Positions 50,551 to 63,076 of a DNA stretch of 64,000 bases are shown piece after piece. Under the pieces are notes generated by a model. That model was not told the DNA's origin and made no database searches. It saw nothing but the letters and a program-made list of their open reading frames with translations. Source of the DNA: Lama guanicoe (lineage: Eukaryota); NCBI GenBank assembly GCA_013239625.1, contig MU053994.1, forward strand, positions 2,733,589 to 2,797,588, in the 5' to 3' direction. Every line of letters begins with the position of its first letter. Within the stretch, counting starts at the first letter, position 1. The position numbers and the translations under genes are program-made.

Positions 50551-51334
50551 AAAGACAAATACTGTGTGATTTGACTTATATGTGGAATCTAAAAAACAAA
50601 TGAACAAACATAAAATAGAAAGAGAGTTACAGATACAGAGAACAAACAGGTGGTTGCCGGAGGGGAGGGGAGTGGGCAAAAGAAAGAAATAGGTGAGGGA
50701 GACTGAGAGGTACAAACTGCAAAATAAATGAGTCACAGTTATGAAGTGGACAGTGTGGAAAGTATAGTCAATAACCATGCAATCTTTTTGCATGGTGACA
50801 GATGGTAACTAGACTTATGGTGATCATTTTGAAAAGTATAGAAATATCAAATCACTACATTGTGTAACAGGAACCAACATAGTGTTGTAAGTCAATTATA
50901 CTTCAAAAACAAACAAACTCATAGAAAAAGAGGTCAGATTTGTGATTACCAGAGGCCAGGGATGGGGGAAGGGAGAACTGAATGGAGGCAGTCAAAAGGT
51001 ACAAACTTCAAGTTATAAGATAAGTAAATACTAGGGATGCCATGTACAACGTGATAAATAAAATTAACACTGCTGTGTGTTATATATGAAAGTTGTTAAG
51101 AGAGTAAATCCTAAGAGTTTTCATCACAAGGAAAATTCTTGTCTATTTTAAAATTTTATATCTGTATGATGATGGATGTTCACTAAACTTATTGTGATAA
51201 TTATTTCATGATGTATGTAAGTAAAGTCATTATGCTGTACACCTAAACTTATACAGTGCTGTATGTCAATTACATCTCAATAAAATTGGAAGATAAAGAA
51301 AAAACACTACATAGTACAAAAATGGAAAAAAAAA
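50551..51334 (+). mobile_element. L1 3'UTR (bipartite type) nested in the full-length L1
   Basis: TSD AAGAGTTGGCAAG (50538-50550) / AAGAGTTGACAAG (51335-51347); host ORF2 resumes after it. Confidence 0.88.
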
Positions 51335-52137
51335 AAGAGTTGACAAGGATATGGAGTAATTGGAGCCCTTGTGCACTGTTGGTAAGAATGTGAAATGGTG
51401 TAACCACTATGGAAAACAGTATGGCAGTTCCTCAAAAAATTAAAAATAGGATTACATATGATTCAGCAATCCAACTTCTGGTTATTTATGTAAAAGAATA
51501 GAAATCAGGATCTCAAAGAGATACCTGCATTCCTGTGTTCACTGCAGCATTATTCACAATAGCCGAGAGGTGGAAACAACCTAAATGTCTTTCAACACAT
51601 GAATGGATGAAGAAAAAATGGTATATACGTTCAGTGGAATATTATTATTCAACCATAAAAAGAAGGAAATACTGTCTTGTGCTACAACATGGATGTACCT
51701 TAAGGACATTATGCTAAGGACATTAGCCAGTCACAGAGGGACAAATACTACATGATTCCACTTATATGAGGCATCTAAAGTAGTCAAACTCATTGAAGCA
51801 GAAAGGAGATTGGTGATTGCTAGGGAGTTCAGGGGAGTTGCTGTTCAATGGGCATAACGTTTCAGTCATGTAAGACGAAAAAGTTCCAGAGATCTGCTGT
51901 ACAGCATATGCTTATAGTTAGCAACACTGTATTTTACACTTAAAAATTGTTGAGGGTAAATCTCATATTACATGGTTTTTTTAAACCACAATTTAAAAAA
52001 AAAATTGAGGCAGAGCCTGAAGCCATTAACTGTAAAGGTTATTTGCATTCTGTGCATGAAGTTAACTGCATTCCATGCAGCTGAATGGTAAGTTCCTTTT
52101 TGAATATCAGAGTGGAATACCTCCATGGTTACTGTAC

Positions 52138-52810
52138 CTTGTCCTGTTCAGCACTTTTATAGCAGTGACTGAGATACAGCCATAGAATGATAGATACTAA
52201 CATATCTGCAGCTGACTCAAAATGTGAAGACAGCTCTTGTGATAGGCAACTAAATTGAATTTGAAAACTATCTTGATGGCTGGGACAAAGCTGGACAGAA
52301 ACAAATAAGATTGAATCCTACAAGGATAAATGAAAAATATTCCATTGAGGTTCATGATAACCAATTATTTAAGTACTAATGGTGAGAATATTTTCCATTC
52401 ATATGAAAGGATCTGAAAATTTTACATGACTACAAGACCAAAAACCATGCAAGAGTATGTGCCATGACTCCTTTGAAAAGCCAGAGAAGACCAAAAACCA
52501 TGCAAGAGTATGTGCCATGACTCCTTTGAAAAGCCAGAGAAGACCAAAAACCATGCAAGAGTATGTGCCATGACTCCTTTGAAAAGCCAGAGAAGACCAA
52601 AAACCATGCAAGAGTATGTGCCATGACTCCTTTGAAAAGCCATGTTAATAAAGGTATAGTGTCTAGAACAAGGGAGGTGCTATTCCATCCAAAGCAGGTG
52701 TTCCCTTCTGGGCATCAGTATTTAAGGACACTGACAAATTAGACAACATTCAGACTTTTAGAATGTCAAGGAACCATGTAATATTAAAAACAGATGAAGG
52801 AATAGGGTCC
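52138..52810 (+). mobile_element. CR1/L3 LINE fragment 2 (RT core)
   Basis: TGTCCTGTTCAGCACTTTTAT, TGCAGCTGACTCAAAA (decayed FADDTK), AGGATAAATG, TATAGTGTCTAGAACAAGGGAGGTG, TTCTGGGCATC. Confidence 0.75.
52434..52642 (+). repeat. Perfect 53-bp-period minisatellite (4 x 50 bp separated by GAG)
   Basis: AAGACCAAAAACCATGCAAGAGTATGTGCCATGACTCCTTTGAAAAGCCA starts at 52434, 52487, 52540 and 52593; no mismatches seen. Confidence 0.97.
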
Positions 52811-52909
52811 ATTTGTTATAAGCTATCTGAACACCCTGTAGTTTTCCTGTGAGGAATTTATATAACACTGGAATATAAACAGATTTTTAGTTATACAGAT
52901 GTTTTCCAA

Positions 52910-55900
52910 TTTCTTTAACTTTTTATTTTAAGATAATTATAGGTTCACAGGAAGTTGTAAAGATAGTACAGAGAGGTCCCATGAACCCTTTACTCAGTTT
53001 TCCCCAATCATTACATCTGACATAATTATTGCAGAATAGCAAAACCAGGAAATCGACATTGGTACAAGGTGTGTGTATAGTTCGGTGTCATTTTGTCACG
53101 TATGTAGATTTGTGTAACCACCACCACAGGTTTTATTGGTCTTTTCAAAGAACCAGCTTTTTGTTTCATTGATTTTTCTCTAATTTTGTTTTGTTTTGTT
53201 TTCAACTTCATTCATTCTGCCCTTATCTTTATTATTTCCTTCTTCTACTTGCTTTGGGTTCATTTTGCTCTTCTTTTCCTAGATTCTTGAGGTGGGAGTT
53301 TAGATTATTGATTTGAGACTTTTCCTCTTTTCTAATGTAAGCATTTAATGTTACAGATTTCCCTCTCAGCACTGCTTTAGCTGTGTCCCACAAATTTTGA
53401 TAAAACGTGTTTTTATTTTAATTTTCATTCGGTTCAATATATTTTTTTAAAATTTCACTTGAAACTTCCTCTTTATCACCTGGATTATTTGGGAGTGTTT
53501 TGTTTCATTTCCAAGTTTTTGGAGATCTTCCTGGTATCTTTCAGGTATTGATTCCTAGTTTGATTACATTGTGGGCAGAAAACAACTATGATTTCAATTC
53601 TTTAAAATTTGTTGAGGTTTGTCTTATGGCCCAGGATATGTTCTATCTTGGTGTACGTTCCATGGACACTTGAGAAGAATGTGTATTCTTCTTTTGTGAG
53701 GTGAGTGTTCTGTAAATGTTGATTAGATCCTGTTGGTTGATGGCAGTGTTGCATTCCTTTGTACCCTTGCTGATTTTCTGTCCAGCTGTTCATTAATTGT
53801 TGAGAGGGGAATTGAAGTCTCCAACTATAATTGTAGACTTGTCTATTTCTTCTTTCAGTTCTATCAGTTTTTGATTCACATATTTAATTATTCTGTTTTT
53901 TTGGTGCATACACATTTAGGGATGCTGTATCTTCTTGTTGTATTGAGTCTCTTTTTTTTAAATTGAAATATAGTTGATTTATGATGTTGTGTTAGTTTTA
54001 GGTGTACAGCAAAGTGATTCATATATATATGTATATATTCTTTTTCAGATTCTTTTCTATTATAGATTATTACAAGACATTGCATATAGTTCCCTGTGCT
54101 ATACAGTAGGTCCTTGTTTATCTATTTTATATACAGTAGTGTGTATCTGTTAATCCCAGACTCCTAATTTATCCCTCCCCCTGGTGTATTAACTCTTTTA
54201 TCATTATGTGGTATCATTCTCTGTTCCTGGTGATCTCTTTTTCTGCAGTCGACTTTATCTTATATTCATATAGCCACTCCTGCTATATCTTGATTAATAT
54301 TTGAATTATGTAATTTCCCACCTTTTTACTTTCAACAAACCTCTATCATATTTGAAGTGTATTTTTTATAGACAACATATAATTGAGTCAGTTTTTAAAT
54401 CCATTCTGCCATTCTCTGTCTTGTAATTGGTACATTTGGGCCGTTTAAATGTAATATAATTATTGCTATGTAAAATCTTGTCTGCCTTTTTATTTTTTGT
54501 GTTCTGCTTATTCTCTGCTTCTCATTTCTGTTTTCTTTTTCCTGCCTTCCTCTGGGTTTCTAGAATATTTTTTAGAATTGCATTTGTATTTATCTATAGT
54601 GTTTTTCAATGTATCTCCTTGTATAGTTTTCTTATTGGTTCTTCATACTCATATTAATATATATATACATACACACATGTACAAATTATCACAGCCTACC
54701 AGTGTCACCATTTTACCAGTTTGAGTGGTATAGAAGCCTTATCTCCTTTTGTACTCCCTTACCCTCGCCCAATTTATAATATAATTGTCTTAAATATTTC
54801 CTTTATATCAATTTAGAATCATATAAGACAATGTTATAATGTTTGCTTCTACTATCAAACATAATTTATAATACTCAAAAGGTAAAGGAAAGTCTACTGA
54901 ATTTACTCATATTTTTCCTATTTCCTTTGTGCTTTCTTCCTTCCTGATATTACAAGATTCCTTCTTTTATCATTTGCTTTGTGTTTAGGGAATTTCCTTT
55001 AGCCATTCTTTAGGGTTGGTCTGCTGGTGACAAATTCTCTTGGTTTTCCTCCATCTGAGAATGTCTTGTTTTTCCCCTTTCATGCCTGAAGGATATTTGC
55101 ATTGCATACAGAATTCAGAGTTGACAGTTCTTCTCCTTCAGCACTTAAAAATGCTGCGTCACCTCTTTCTGGCCTCTGTGGATTCTGATGAAAAATCCAC
55201 TGTAATTCTAATAGTTTTTCCCCTACAGACAATGTGTCATTTCTCTCTAGCTGCTTTCAAGAATTTTTCTTTGTCTTTAGTTTTCAGAATTTTGACTATG
55301 ATGTGTCTTGGTGTGAATTTCTTTGAGATTCATCCTGTTGGAGGTTCACTCAGCTTTTGATCTGTAGTCTTTTGCCTAATTTGAAAAATGTTTAACAGTT
55401 CTTTCTTTGAATACTTTTGTCCTCTCCTTTTGGGACTCTGATGACAAAGAGTTAGATATTTTATTACAGTCCTATGCATCCCTGAGGCTCTATTCTTTCT
55501 GTTCAGTCTGTTTTCTCTCTGTCGTTCAGATTGTGTCATTTCTATTTTTTATCTTCAAGGTCATGGTTCTTTCCTCTGTATTCTCCATTTTGCTATAAGC
55601 CCATTAATTTTTTTTTTAATTTCAGTTTATATTTTTCAGTTCTAAAAACTTCATTTGGTTATTCTTTATATCTTGTATTTCTTTGCTTAGACTTTCTATT
55701 TCTTTGAGGAGACTTTCTATTTTTTCATTTGTTTTAAGCATGTTCATAATTACTTACTGAAGCATTTTTATGATGCCTGCTTTAAAAGTCTTGTCAGATA
55801 ACTTTAATATCTTTGTCATCTCAGTAGTAGCATCTATTGATTGGCTTTTTCAGGTTGAGTTTTCCATGGCTCTTGGTTTGATGAGTGATTTTCTATTGAA

Positions 55901-56685
55901 AGCTTTGTTATGAGACCTGGGATGTTATTTCAATTGTGTATTTTAATAGGCCTCCTCTGGCACCACTCTGGCCAGAGAATGGGGGATGTCACCTCATTAC
56001 TGCTCGGTAGGCCTAGACATCCCCTTTCTCCACTCAGCCTATGTTGACACTGGGGAAGTGGTGGGGAGGGGCCCCTTGTTACCTCTGGGTAGGGGTGGGC
56101 ATTGAGGCTCCCCATTAGGCCTCCACTGATACCTGGCTGGGAGGGGGACAGAGACCTCATTACTGTCCCTATGTTGCCTCTGTTGACACCGAGGCAGGGG
56201 GTGGCCTCCTACTCCTGGGCAGTGGTTAGAGTCCTGAATCTCCAGAAGGCTTCTTCTGACACCACCTCAGCAAGGAGGGGAAGGGGCTTCCCATTACTGG
56301 TGGGTGGAGGTAGATGACCAGAATCCCCCAGATAGTTCCCACTAACACCAGATGGGGGAGCCGTGTTACCACCCACTCGGTATGAAAGTCCTGACACCCC
56401 CTGGTAGAGGCTCAGAGTCCCTCCTTACAGACTGGTAAAGGCTGGCATTTCTGGGTTGCCAGCTTCTCCAGTGTCCAGAGGGACGGATGAAGGAAAACCC
56501 AGGGAACTCACTGTCATGTCATCCCTCAGGTCCTAGATCCCCAGCTAGTCTGCTATCTCACCACCTTTCAGAACTTTCTTATGTTTGTTTTGTGTATAAT
56601 ACCCAGGGGTGTCAGCTGTTCTTAGTGGGAGGGATAAGAAAAAGTACTTCTGCTTCACCTGTCTTATTTCCAGAAGTGGAAGTCA
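52910..56685 (-). mobile_element. Old L1 (L1MC/L1MD-like) with a large internal deletion
   Basis: The 3' terminus (52910-53128) is fused directly to early ORF2 (53129 onward). ORF1 remnant at ~55000-55800; 5'UTR to 56685. Confidence 0.85.
53952..54182 (-). mobile_element. L1 3' end nested in an older L1
   Basis: T-tail then ATTGAAATATAGTTGATTTA. Degenerate TSD TGTATTGAGTCTCTTT / TGTATTAACTCTTTT. Confidence 0.85.
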
Positions 56686-56699
56686 AAAGAGGTAACATT

Positions 56700-56838
56700 T
56701 TATGAATTGTTTCCCTTCCTAGACCATGAGCTTCGTGTTGGCAAGGATCATTTCTGTCTTGTTCATTGCTGTATCCTCAGCTCTTAACAGTGTCTGGTGC
56801 ATAACTGATGGTCTATAAATATTTGAAAATTGAATGAA
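56700..56838 (+). mobile_element. L2 3' end
   Basis: CTAGACCATGAGCTTC...GTCTTGTTCATTGCTGTATCCTCAGC...TGAATGAA. Confidence 0.8.
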
Positions 56839-57158
56839 CATTTAACCAGGAAAAGATGAAACTTAGAGGAGACCCTTTAGTTGCCTTCAGATATCCAAGA
56901 GGTTGTTTTATAGAGGAAGGGCTCCGTTTGTTTTGTGTCATTCCTTACCAAGGATCAAGAGTAGAAGGTATAGAGGGGCAGGCTTTGGTCAAGAGGAGGA
57001 TCTGTTTTCTGATGATCGGACCTTCTAACAACCCAACGAGACAGTAAGTTTCCGGCCACTGGGAATTTTCAAGCAGAAGTTGGGTGACAAATTACTCTCC
57101 ATGGTCAGACAGGAGAAGATTCTTTCACCATGTGCAAGTTTGGATGAGTTGACCTCTC
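56839..57158 (+). mobile_element. CR1/L3 LINE fragment 3 (3' end)
   Basis: TTTAACCAGGAAAAGA...TGCCTTCAGATATCCAAG...TTCAAGCAGAAGTTGGGTGAC...TGACCTCT. Confidence 0.7.
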
Positions 57159-57161
57159 TGC

Positions 57162-57326
57162 CAGCGTTTCTCAAATATCCATGTGCCTAAACTCATCTAG
57201 GGCTCTTGTTAAAATGCAAATTCTCATTCAGTAGGTCTGGGAAGGTATCTGAGATTCTGCATTCCTAACAAGCTTCTTGGGGATGCTGATGCTGCTGGTC
57301 TGCAGACCGCAATCTGAAGAACAAGT
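57162..57326. mobile_element. MER5A-like hAT MITE
   Basis: CAGCGTTTCTCAAA...CTTGTTAAAATGCAAATTC...CTGCATTCCTAACAAGC...GATGCTGATGCTGCTGGTC. Confidence 0.85.
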
Positions 57327-57982
57327 TTCTCCACCTATCTTCTCAATGAATATTCAGATCAAACAAATTAAATGACTGGTTTTCTGTGTAAAAGAAATAT
57401 TAACATCTAAGCTCAGCCTGTAGGTGGCTGTCCTTCTTCTAGTTGGCTGAGACATGAAAGAAAACATGGATGCCCTGAAATGCAGCATTCTCGCCATCGG
57501 AAACACTTGCCTCATGTACGTCTCAATATTATGTTTTAATTCTTTGTTTGGACACCAAGGCCTTTTCTACACTGTGCTCTCTGAGATGCCAACCTCCTGC
57601 AAGGTGTTAACAAGGCTTCTTGAGGAAAAGGGATTCCAAGATCAATCGAACTTGGGAAGCCTACAGTCTGTACTTTTGGCAATTTACAAAGTCCATTAAT
57701 TTCCTAAAGACTATAGGAGCACTGAAGTGAAGAAATCTGCTTAATTTTGTTTAACCCAAGCATGTTTGACCCCCAAATCTCATTACACCAATTAGCATGT
57801 CAAAGGCCAGCAGAGTTCATGCAACCCAAGTAGAAAGTGCTGTTCAGAGGGGACTTTGGCATTTTTTCCTCTAATAATACATTATAGAAAGTATATTATT
57901 ACATGCTATCATGCTAATGTTCAAAACAGGTGTACCTTCTCAGGAAAACAGTTAAATCCTTAACCTTGGATATGCTATCTCT

Positions 57983-58430
57983 TGCCTTAGTTTGGACTCC
58001 CCCAGAAGCAGGCCCCAAGACAAGAATTTGAGCACAAATTTGGGGGCCGGGGAGGAGCTGATCTCAGGAACTATCAGTAGGAGAGTGGGAAGATGAAGTG
58101 GAGAAGAGAAGGAAGCCAAAAAGTGTGAGTTATTGAGCAGGTTACAGTTATGAGCAACCGAGCCTCCGTCCCTCTGGGGAACTCTGGGCACTAAGGTGGA
58201 ACACACTTTGGGGGTGTCTAGTCACCTCCTCACAACAAAGGAAGGAAGCAAAGGTATTTATCCTCAACTCCTATTCATCTTTGGTTGGGGACTGCTCCCA
58301 GGGGTGTGTTAACTCTCTGGCATTTCCTGCCTGCCCTGCCCACAGTTGAGAGCAAGTGCACAGGCTGAGTCACAGGTGCGTAGGGAGCCTGGGAGTGAGT
58401 GCCAAGGTGCTGTGAGTGGGGCACTGGCAG
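57983..58430 (-). mobile_element. ERVL LTR16/LTR33-like LTR
   Basis: TTAGTTTGGACTCCCCCAGAAGCAGGCCCCAAGACAAGAATTTGAG start; GGTATTTATCCTCAACTCC. Confidence 0.6.
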
Positions 58431-61039
58431 CGTCAGCCGTGTCTCTGAATTCAAAATGCCTTTCCCAGTCTCTTCTGGGCTCTCATGTAGTTGAATATAC
58501 AACCCTATCAGTAAAATATTTTTGCAGATACTGAAACTTTATTATTTATATTTTTTCTTTATTCTTTATTATAATTTATTTATTTATTTATTTATTTATT
58601 ATATTTCTTCCTTCCTTCCTTCCTTTCTTTCTTTCAGAAGCTGCCTGGGAATGACTGGGTTGGCTGCCGTAAGATGGGGCAGGCTAAGAAGGACTCACAT
58701 CTCAAACTCCCCCCTTCCTCCCTGGAATGGCACCGATGCTGGTGGGACAGCCTCAGCTGCGGGGACGTGGGGCACAGACCCAGCGCCTCGCATGAGAGCA
58801 GTTCAGCATAGCAGAGAGCCCATGGCATCTGACAGCCATGGCAAAACACAGCTGACCGTGTGATGTATGTAGCATTAGGAAGGACAAATTTGGGTGAACA
58901 AAATGTCCCTCAAGGTGCTCAGAGCATGTGATGTGAATCCAAGCATAGGTGATGCTTGGAGAGCGAGGGGGACAGACGGGTAGCCGGTGAGAGTCATCTG
59001 CCTCCAGTAGATGGGGCCACTCACTGGCAAAGGGTTTGAGTACTACTTGGGATTCTGTGAAGGAGCGCATCAAGGCTAAGTCAGGGCTCCCAGCCTGAGA
59101 GTTTTAGGAACCAGACAGGTGCCCAAGGCAGGGCCTTAAATACAAAGAAAAAAAGTCCAAGACCAAGAGAGGGTTGAAAGTAGAACTGTGGCTTCCAGTT
59201 CGGGAGGCAAAATGCCCAAGGTCAAGATGACATTATCAGCAAGGCTACCTTGTTTCTAGGTCCCAACTTCTGGGGCCAGGGCTCCTGAGATAGTCCAGCC
59301 TGGGGCCAAAATTTGCCCTCAAGCTTAGGGAAGCCTGCACCAACAGATGGACATCGAGCAGCCCCAGCAGTAGGGACGGAAGTTCTCTGAGACCAGGCAA
59401 CGTTTGGGCCCCTACTCTGACATTTGCAACCAGGTGGTCAGGGGTTCTGGCCAACCAACCCACCCATCCTTCCCAGTGCCTTCCTCAGGGCCTCGCTCAT
59501 CTCTCATCCCCCTGCCCCGCTCCCTAAGCTTTTGGAGCACTTAAAAAACTGGCCATCAGGATCCTGCCCAGGGGCCTTGAAAGATGGCTGACTTCTGGGA
59601 TGGAAAATCATAGGAGCCAATCATCCCTGTGACAACACCCAGAGCTTCCGTCCTCTCTAATTCACAGAGCTAGAATTGGAAGGTCATTTGAAAGGCCTGC
59701 ATTTTTTAATATTTAAAACCATTTCTCCTCGAATTCCTCTGCTGGCCTAGTATTAATGGCCCCTTCTCCCCCTCTCCCTTCCCATGGCACTGTCTGTACT
59801 TGTCTATTTCAGTTGGTTTCCTGTTCAAAGCGCTTCCTTTCCTCTTTCTATTCTCACTCCTTATTCAGCTTTTCCCCTCTGCTCCTTGATTTGCCATTAT
59901 CATTATTTTTGTAACCCGGAGTTTGACCCCCACGACCCCACCCCCCCCCCCCGTGACCCTGTAGCACTTTCCTTAGCCTGTTTCCTTTTCATTTTGTTTT
60001 TCATCCTTCATTACCCAGATTTCCCTGGCAAACGTTCAAGACAAAAACTGCTTCTTTGTCTAAGCCTTCTCTCTCTTTCGGTTCTTCTTTCTTTGCTCCC
60101 CTTCGCTCCTGGTTTCCTGAAAGTCTGCCTGAGGTTCCATTTTGTGTCTTTGTTTACACTGATAACAAATATTTCATTCACTGTTTTGAACAAATGGTTC
60201 TTTTAAGCTAATGGGGAACTTGTTTCTCCTTTGAAAATACTTGTTTCTCCTTTGAAAACACTGTATTCAAAGAATCAGATAAACTTCTCTGATACTTGTT
60301 ATTGAAATATTTCTGCATTCTCCTCGCAGAATTCCAAATATGTGGCATCATGCATATTTGGAGCCAGACTTCTGACAAGATGCCCTCAATCACCCACAGC
60401 TTCTTTATGAGTTTTTCCATCAAATGTGACTTCGGTTGTTAAGATGTCCCAGGTGATTAGACTTGCCAGCAGCCTCCTAAATACTCAGCTGAGGAAACCT
60501 GATATTGTTGGGAGAGACTGTTCGGGCGAGATTACTTTGCAGTGGTAAAAGCCAGAGGCCTGATGTCTGCAGAATTTTGTTCACTTCTCAGAAGTCCTTT
60601 GACTGTGTGATGTGAGCAAGTCACCCTAAATCTCTTTGTCTCTCTCCAGCTGCAATACGGAGGCAACAATACCTCTTTAAAAGAAATTCTATGAGAAAAA
60701 TATTATGAAATATTAACAGAATGCTTTGCATTTCTTGTATATTTCACCCCAGGAGATCTAGCAAACTACTGTCCCTTGTCCTAGTCAGTCACTCTGGGGC
60801 AGAGAACTGTTAGGGGTGGGCAGCCAGGGGGCAGCCTGCTCCCTGTGAAACTGCTGAGATAGGAGCAGGGGCTGGATTAGGGGTACATATCCCTTCCTCC
60901 CAGGCCTGTCCCAGGCATCTAGGCATATTTCCTTAGTTTTCCATTATTTTGTACATCTGAGGGCTCATATTTTTTTCCAGAGACTGTATATTCCTTATTG
61001 CTCAAGTCAGTAAGGGGCCAGTGGAATAAAACGATGATG

Positions 61040-61270
61040 GAGAGGCAGCATAACATGATGGTTAAGAATATAGATTTGGGAGCCAATACAGGTATCAAAC
61101 TCACCCATGTGATACCTTTGTGACTTCAAGCAAGTTACTTAACTTCTGTCTCCGTTTCCTCATCTACAAATTGAGAATAATATTATGGAGATTAAGCAAG
61201 CTAATATTTGTAAAGGGTCTGCTTGGAACAGTGCCTGACACATGGTGAACACGTTAAAGTACTTGTTAAA
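61040..61270 (+). mobile_element. MIR SINE (near complete)
   Basis: GAGAGGCAGCATAACATGATGGTTAAGA...CAAGTTACTTAACTTCT...GTTTCCTCATCT...AACAGTGCCTGACACATGGT. Confidence 0.85.
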
Positions 61271-61669
61271 TAAAAACATTGTTCCAATTCTAAAGTTTTT
61301 TAATGTTATAAAATCTTTCTTGAAAACAGTTGGGTGTGATACAACAAAAGACTGGAAGGACGGCGTTCTGGTGGCAATGTGGAAACTAAAATGTAAACAT
61401 AGCAAAAATAAAATTATTTAGGGAGCGCCAGGCAGACCATGAAAATGAGCCTGCTGGCAAGATTTCACACCGTGAGACAATAACTCACTGATGGTTGTGC
61501 TGTTTATAACTGAAAGGAGGGAAGGACAAGAGGGAGGGAGGGAGGGAGGATGGAAGGGAAAGAAGAAAGAAAAGAAAGTCCTCTGAGATTCTGATTTCTT
61601 TTTTTTTTTTACAAATATAGATCCAAGATCCAAGAAAGTTCTTGTAGAAATTTGGGAAATGTGATACAC

Positions 61670-62216
61670 TGTGTGTGCCCAGTATGGCCGCATCACTCTA
61701 CATATGCCATCCCACATGCTCTTCTTTCAATGGGACATTGGCATCCCTCCCACCGAAGAGTGAGGTATGTGTTCCTTCCCCTGGAAACGAAGTGGAGGTT
61801 CATGACTGATCCAACCAATGATGTATGGTGGAAATGATGCTAATGTGACTTCCAAGCCTAGGTCATAAAAAGGATACGGCTTCGGCTTTGCACTCTCTCT
61901 CTCTGGATACTCACTCTTGGAATCTAGCCACCATGATATGTGAGCCATCTGAGGAAGCAACGTGTAGGTGTTCTGGCTGACAGCCATCATCAGCCACTAG
62001 ATATGTGAGGGAGTGACCCTTTGATTTTCTAGCTCCCAGTCATTGAGTCCTCCCAGTTGAGGCCGAGACATTGTGGAGCATAGACAAGCTGTCTCTACTG
62101 TCCCCTGTCTGAATCCCTGACCCACAGAAACCATAAGAGATAATAAAGGATTATTATTGTTTTAAGCCACTAAGTTTTAGAATAATTTATCATGCAGTAA
62201 GAGATAAAATAATACA
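61670..62216 (+). mobile_element. MLT1H/G-like MaLR LTR
   Basis: GTGACTTCCAAGCCTAGGTCATAAAA ... TTGTTTTAAGCCACTAAGTTTT ... AATACA. Confidence 0.82.
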
Positions 62217-63076
62217 GGAACTATAAGAAGGTAAAGAGTATGGATTCTAGGAGAGAAGGACATCAGAATTTTCCCATAGGAAATCCTATTTAAGCCTTTG
62301 GCATCCATGCCACTTTATATTTAAATCCTCCCCCACTTTAGCAAGCAAACTCATCATTCTAAAATCTTACCAAATGAACTATGCTTGATCCAAGTCGAAT
62401 TAAGAATCTCTGAACAGGCTCCATGCTTTGGAGTCTTGAAAGCCCCTCACAGAGATCCAGGGCTCCCTGACTCAGGTGGCCACCCAAGGACTAAATGAAA
62501 GAAGGGCTAAAGATTTCCAACTTGAGAGTAATAAGGAAGTGGCCTGATGTCTGGAGCCCATGAAGAGCGTTCTGAACTCATTTCCTACTGTGTTGGCTCG
62601 CTATGAGTATATATAATACATGTAAGAAAATATAATTTAAAATAACTAAAACACCAATCAATCCTCTATTGTTCCCCCAATTAAATATATAATTAATCCA
62701 TATTGCATTTTATACAAATTAAAAAGTGAATATTTTAAAAAAAGGAAAAAATTACAAAACCTCACCACCCAGAGATAACCACTCATATCTTGCTGTATTT
62801 TTTAAATAAATTATATGTATTAATTATATATACAAATATAATAAATTATAATATATGATAAAGAAATATTGTATTTCCTTGGGTATATATAGGAGTGACT
62901 GTCTGATACATTCAGTTCTGTATCCCACTTCTCTCACTTAACATCTGCACATCTTTCCATGTCAATAAATATAGCTCTACTTTAAAATTTTAATGGGCAT
63001 ATAACAACCCATTGCTTGAATATACCATAATTAAGTCAATTTCCTATTTTGGGGAATTTTGTCATTTCTATTTGCT

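Larger units (their letters stand above)
45035..52000 (+). mobile_element. Near full-length old L1 (5'UTR with monomers, ORF1, ORF2, 3'UTR, A-tail); inactive
   Basis: 5' start GATGTCAGCAAAATGGCAG. ORF2 fragments [14 protein letters not shown]...[14 protein letters not shown] (decayed FADD) and KWDYIKLKSF. Degenerate TSD AAAAGCTGAGGCA (45020-45032) / AAAAATTGAGGCA (52000-52012). Confidence 0.92.
44738..52137 (-). mobile_element. ERVL LTR split by a full-length L1 (parts 44738-45032 and 52001-52137)
   Basis: GGGAAGCAGATGTTAAGACAGAGTTAGG...TTGCCCATTACAGGAGTTCC. The sequence resumes GAGGCAGAGCCTGAAG after the L1 tail. Confidence 0.6.

Noticed and set aside
52434..52642. CRISPR-like array of direct repeats
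   Set aside because: The spacers are an identical 3 nt, there are no cas genes, and the context is a mammalian CR1.
58638..58863. Plus-strand exon after CTTTCTTTCAG
   Set aside because: The pyrimidine tract is a simple repeat, with no convincing donor or recognisable protein.
59784..60206. Hydrophobic 140-aa ORF resembling a membrane protein
   Set aside because: It results from a pyrimidine-rich low-complexity tract (F/L/S bias) and has no family similarity.
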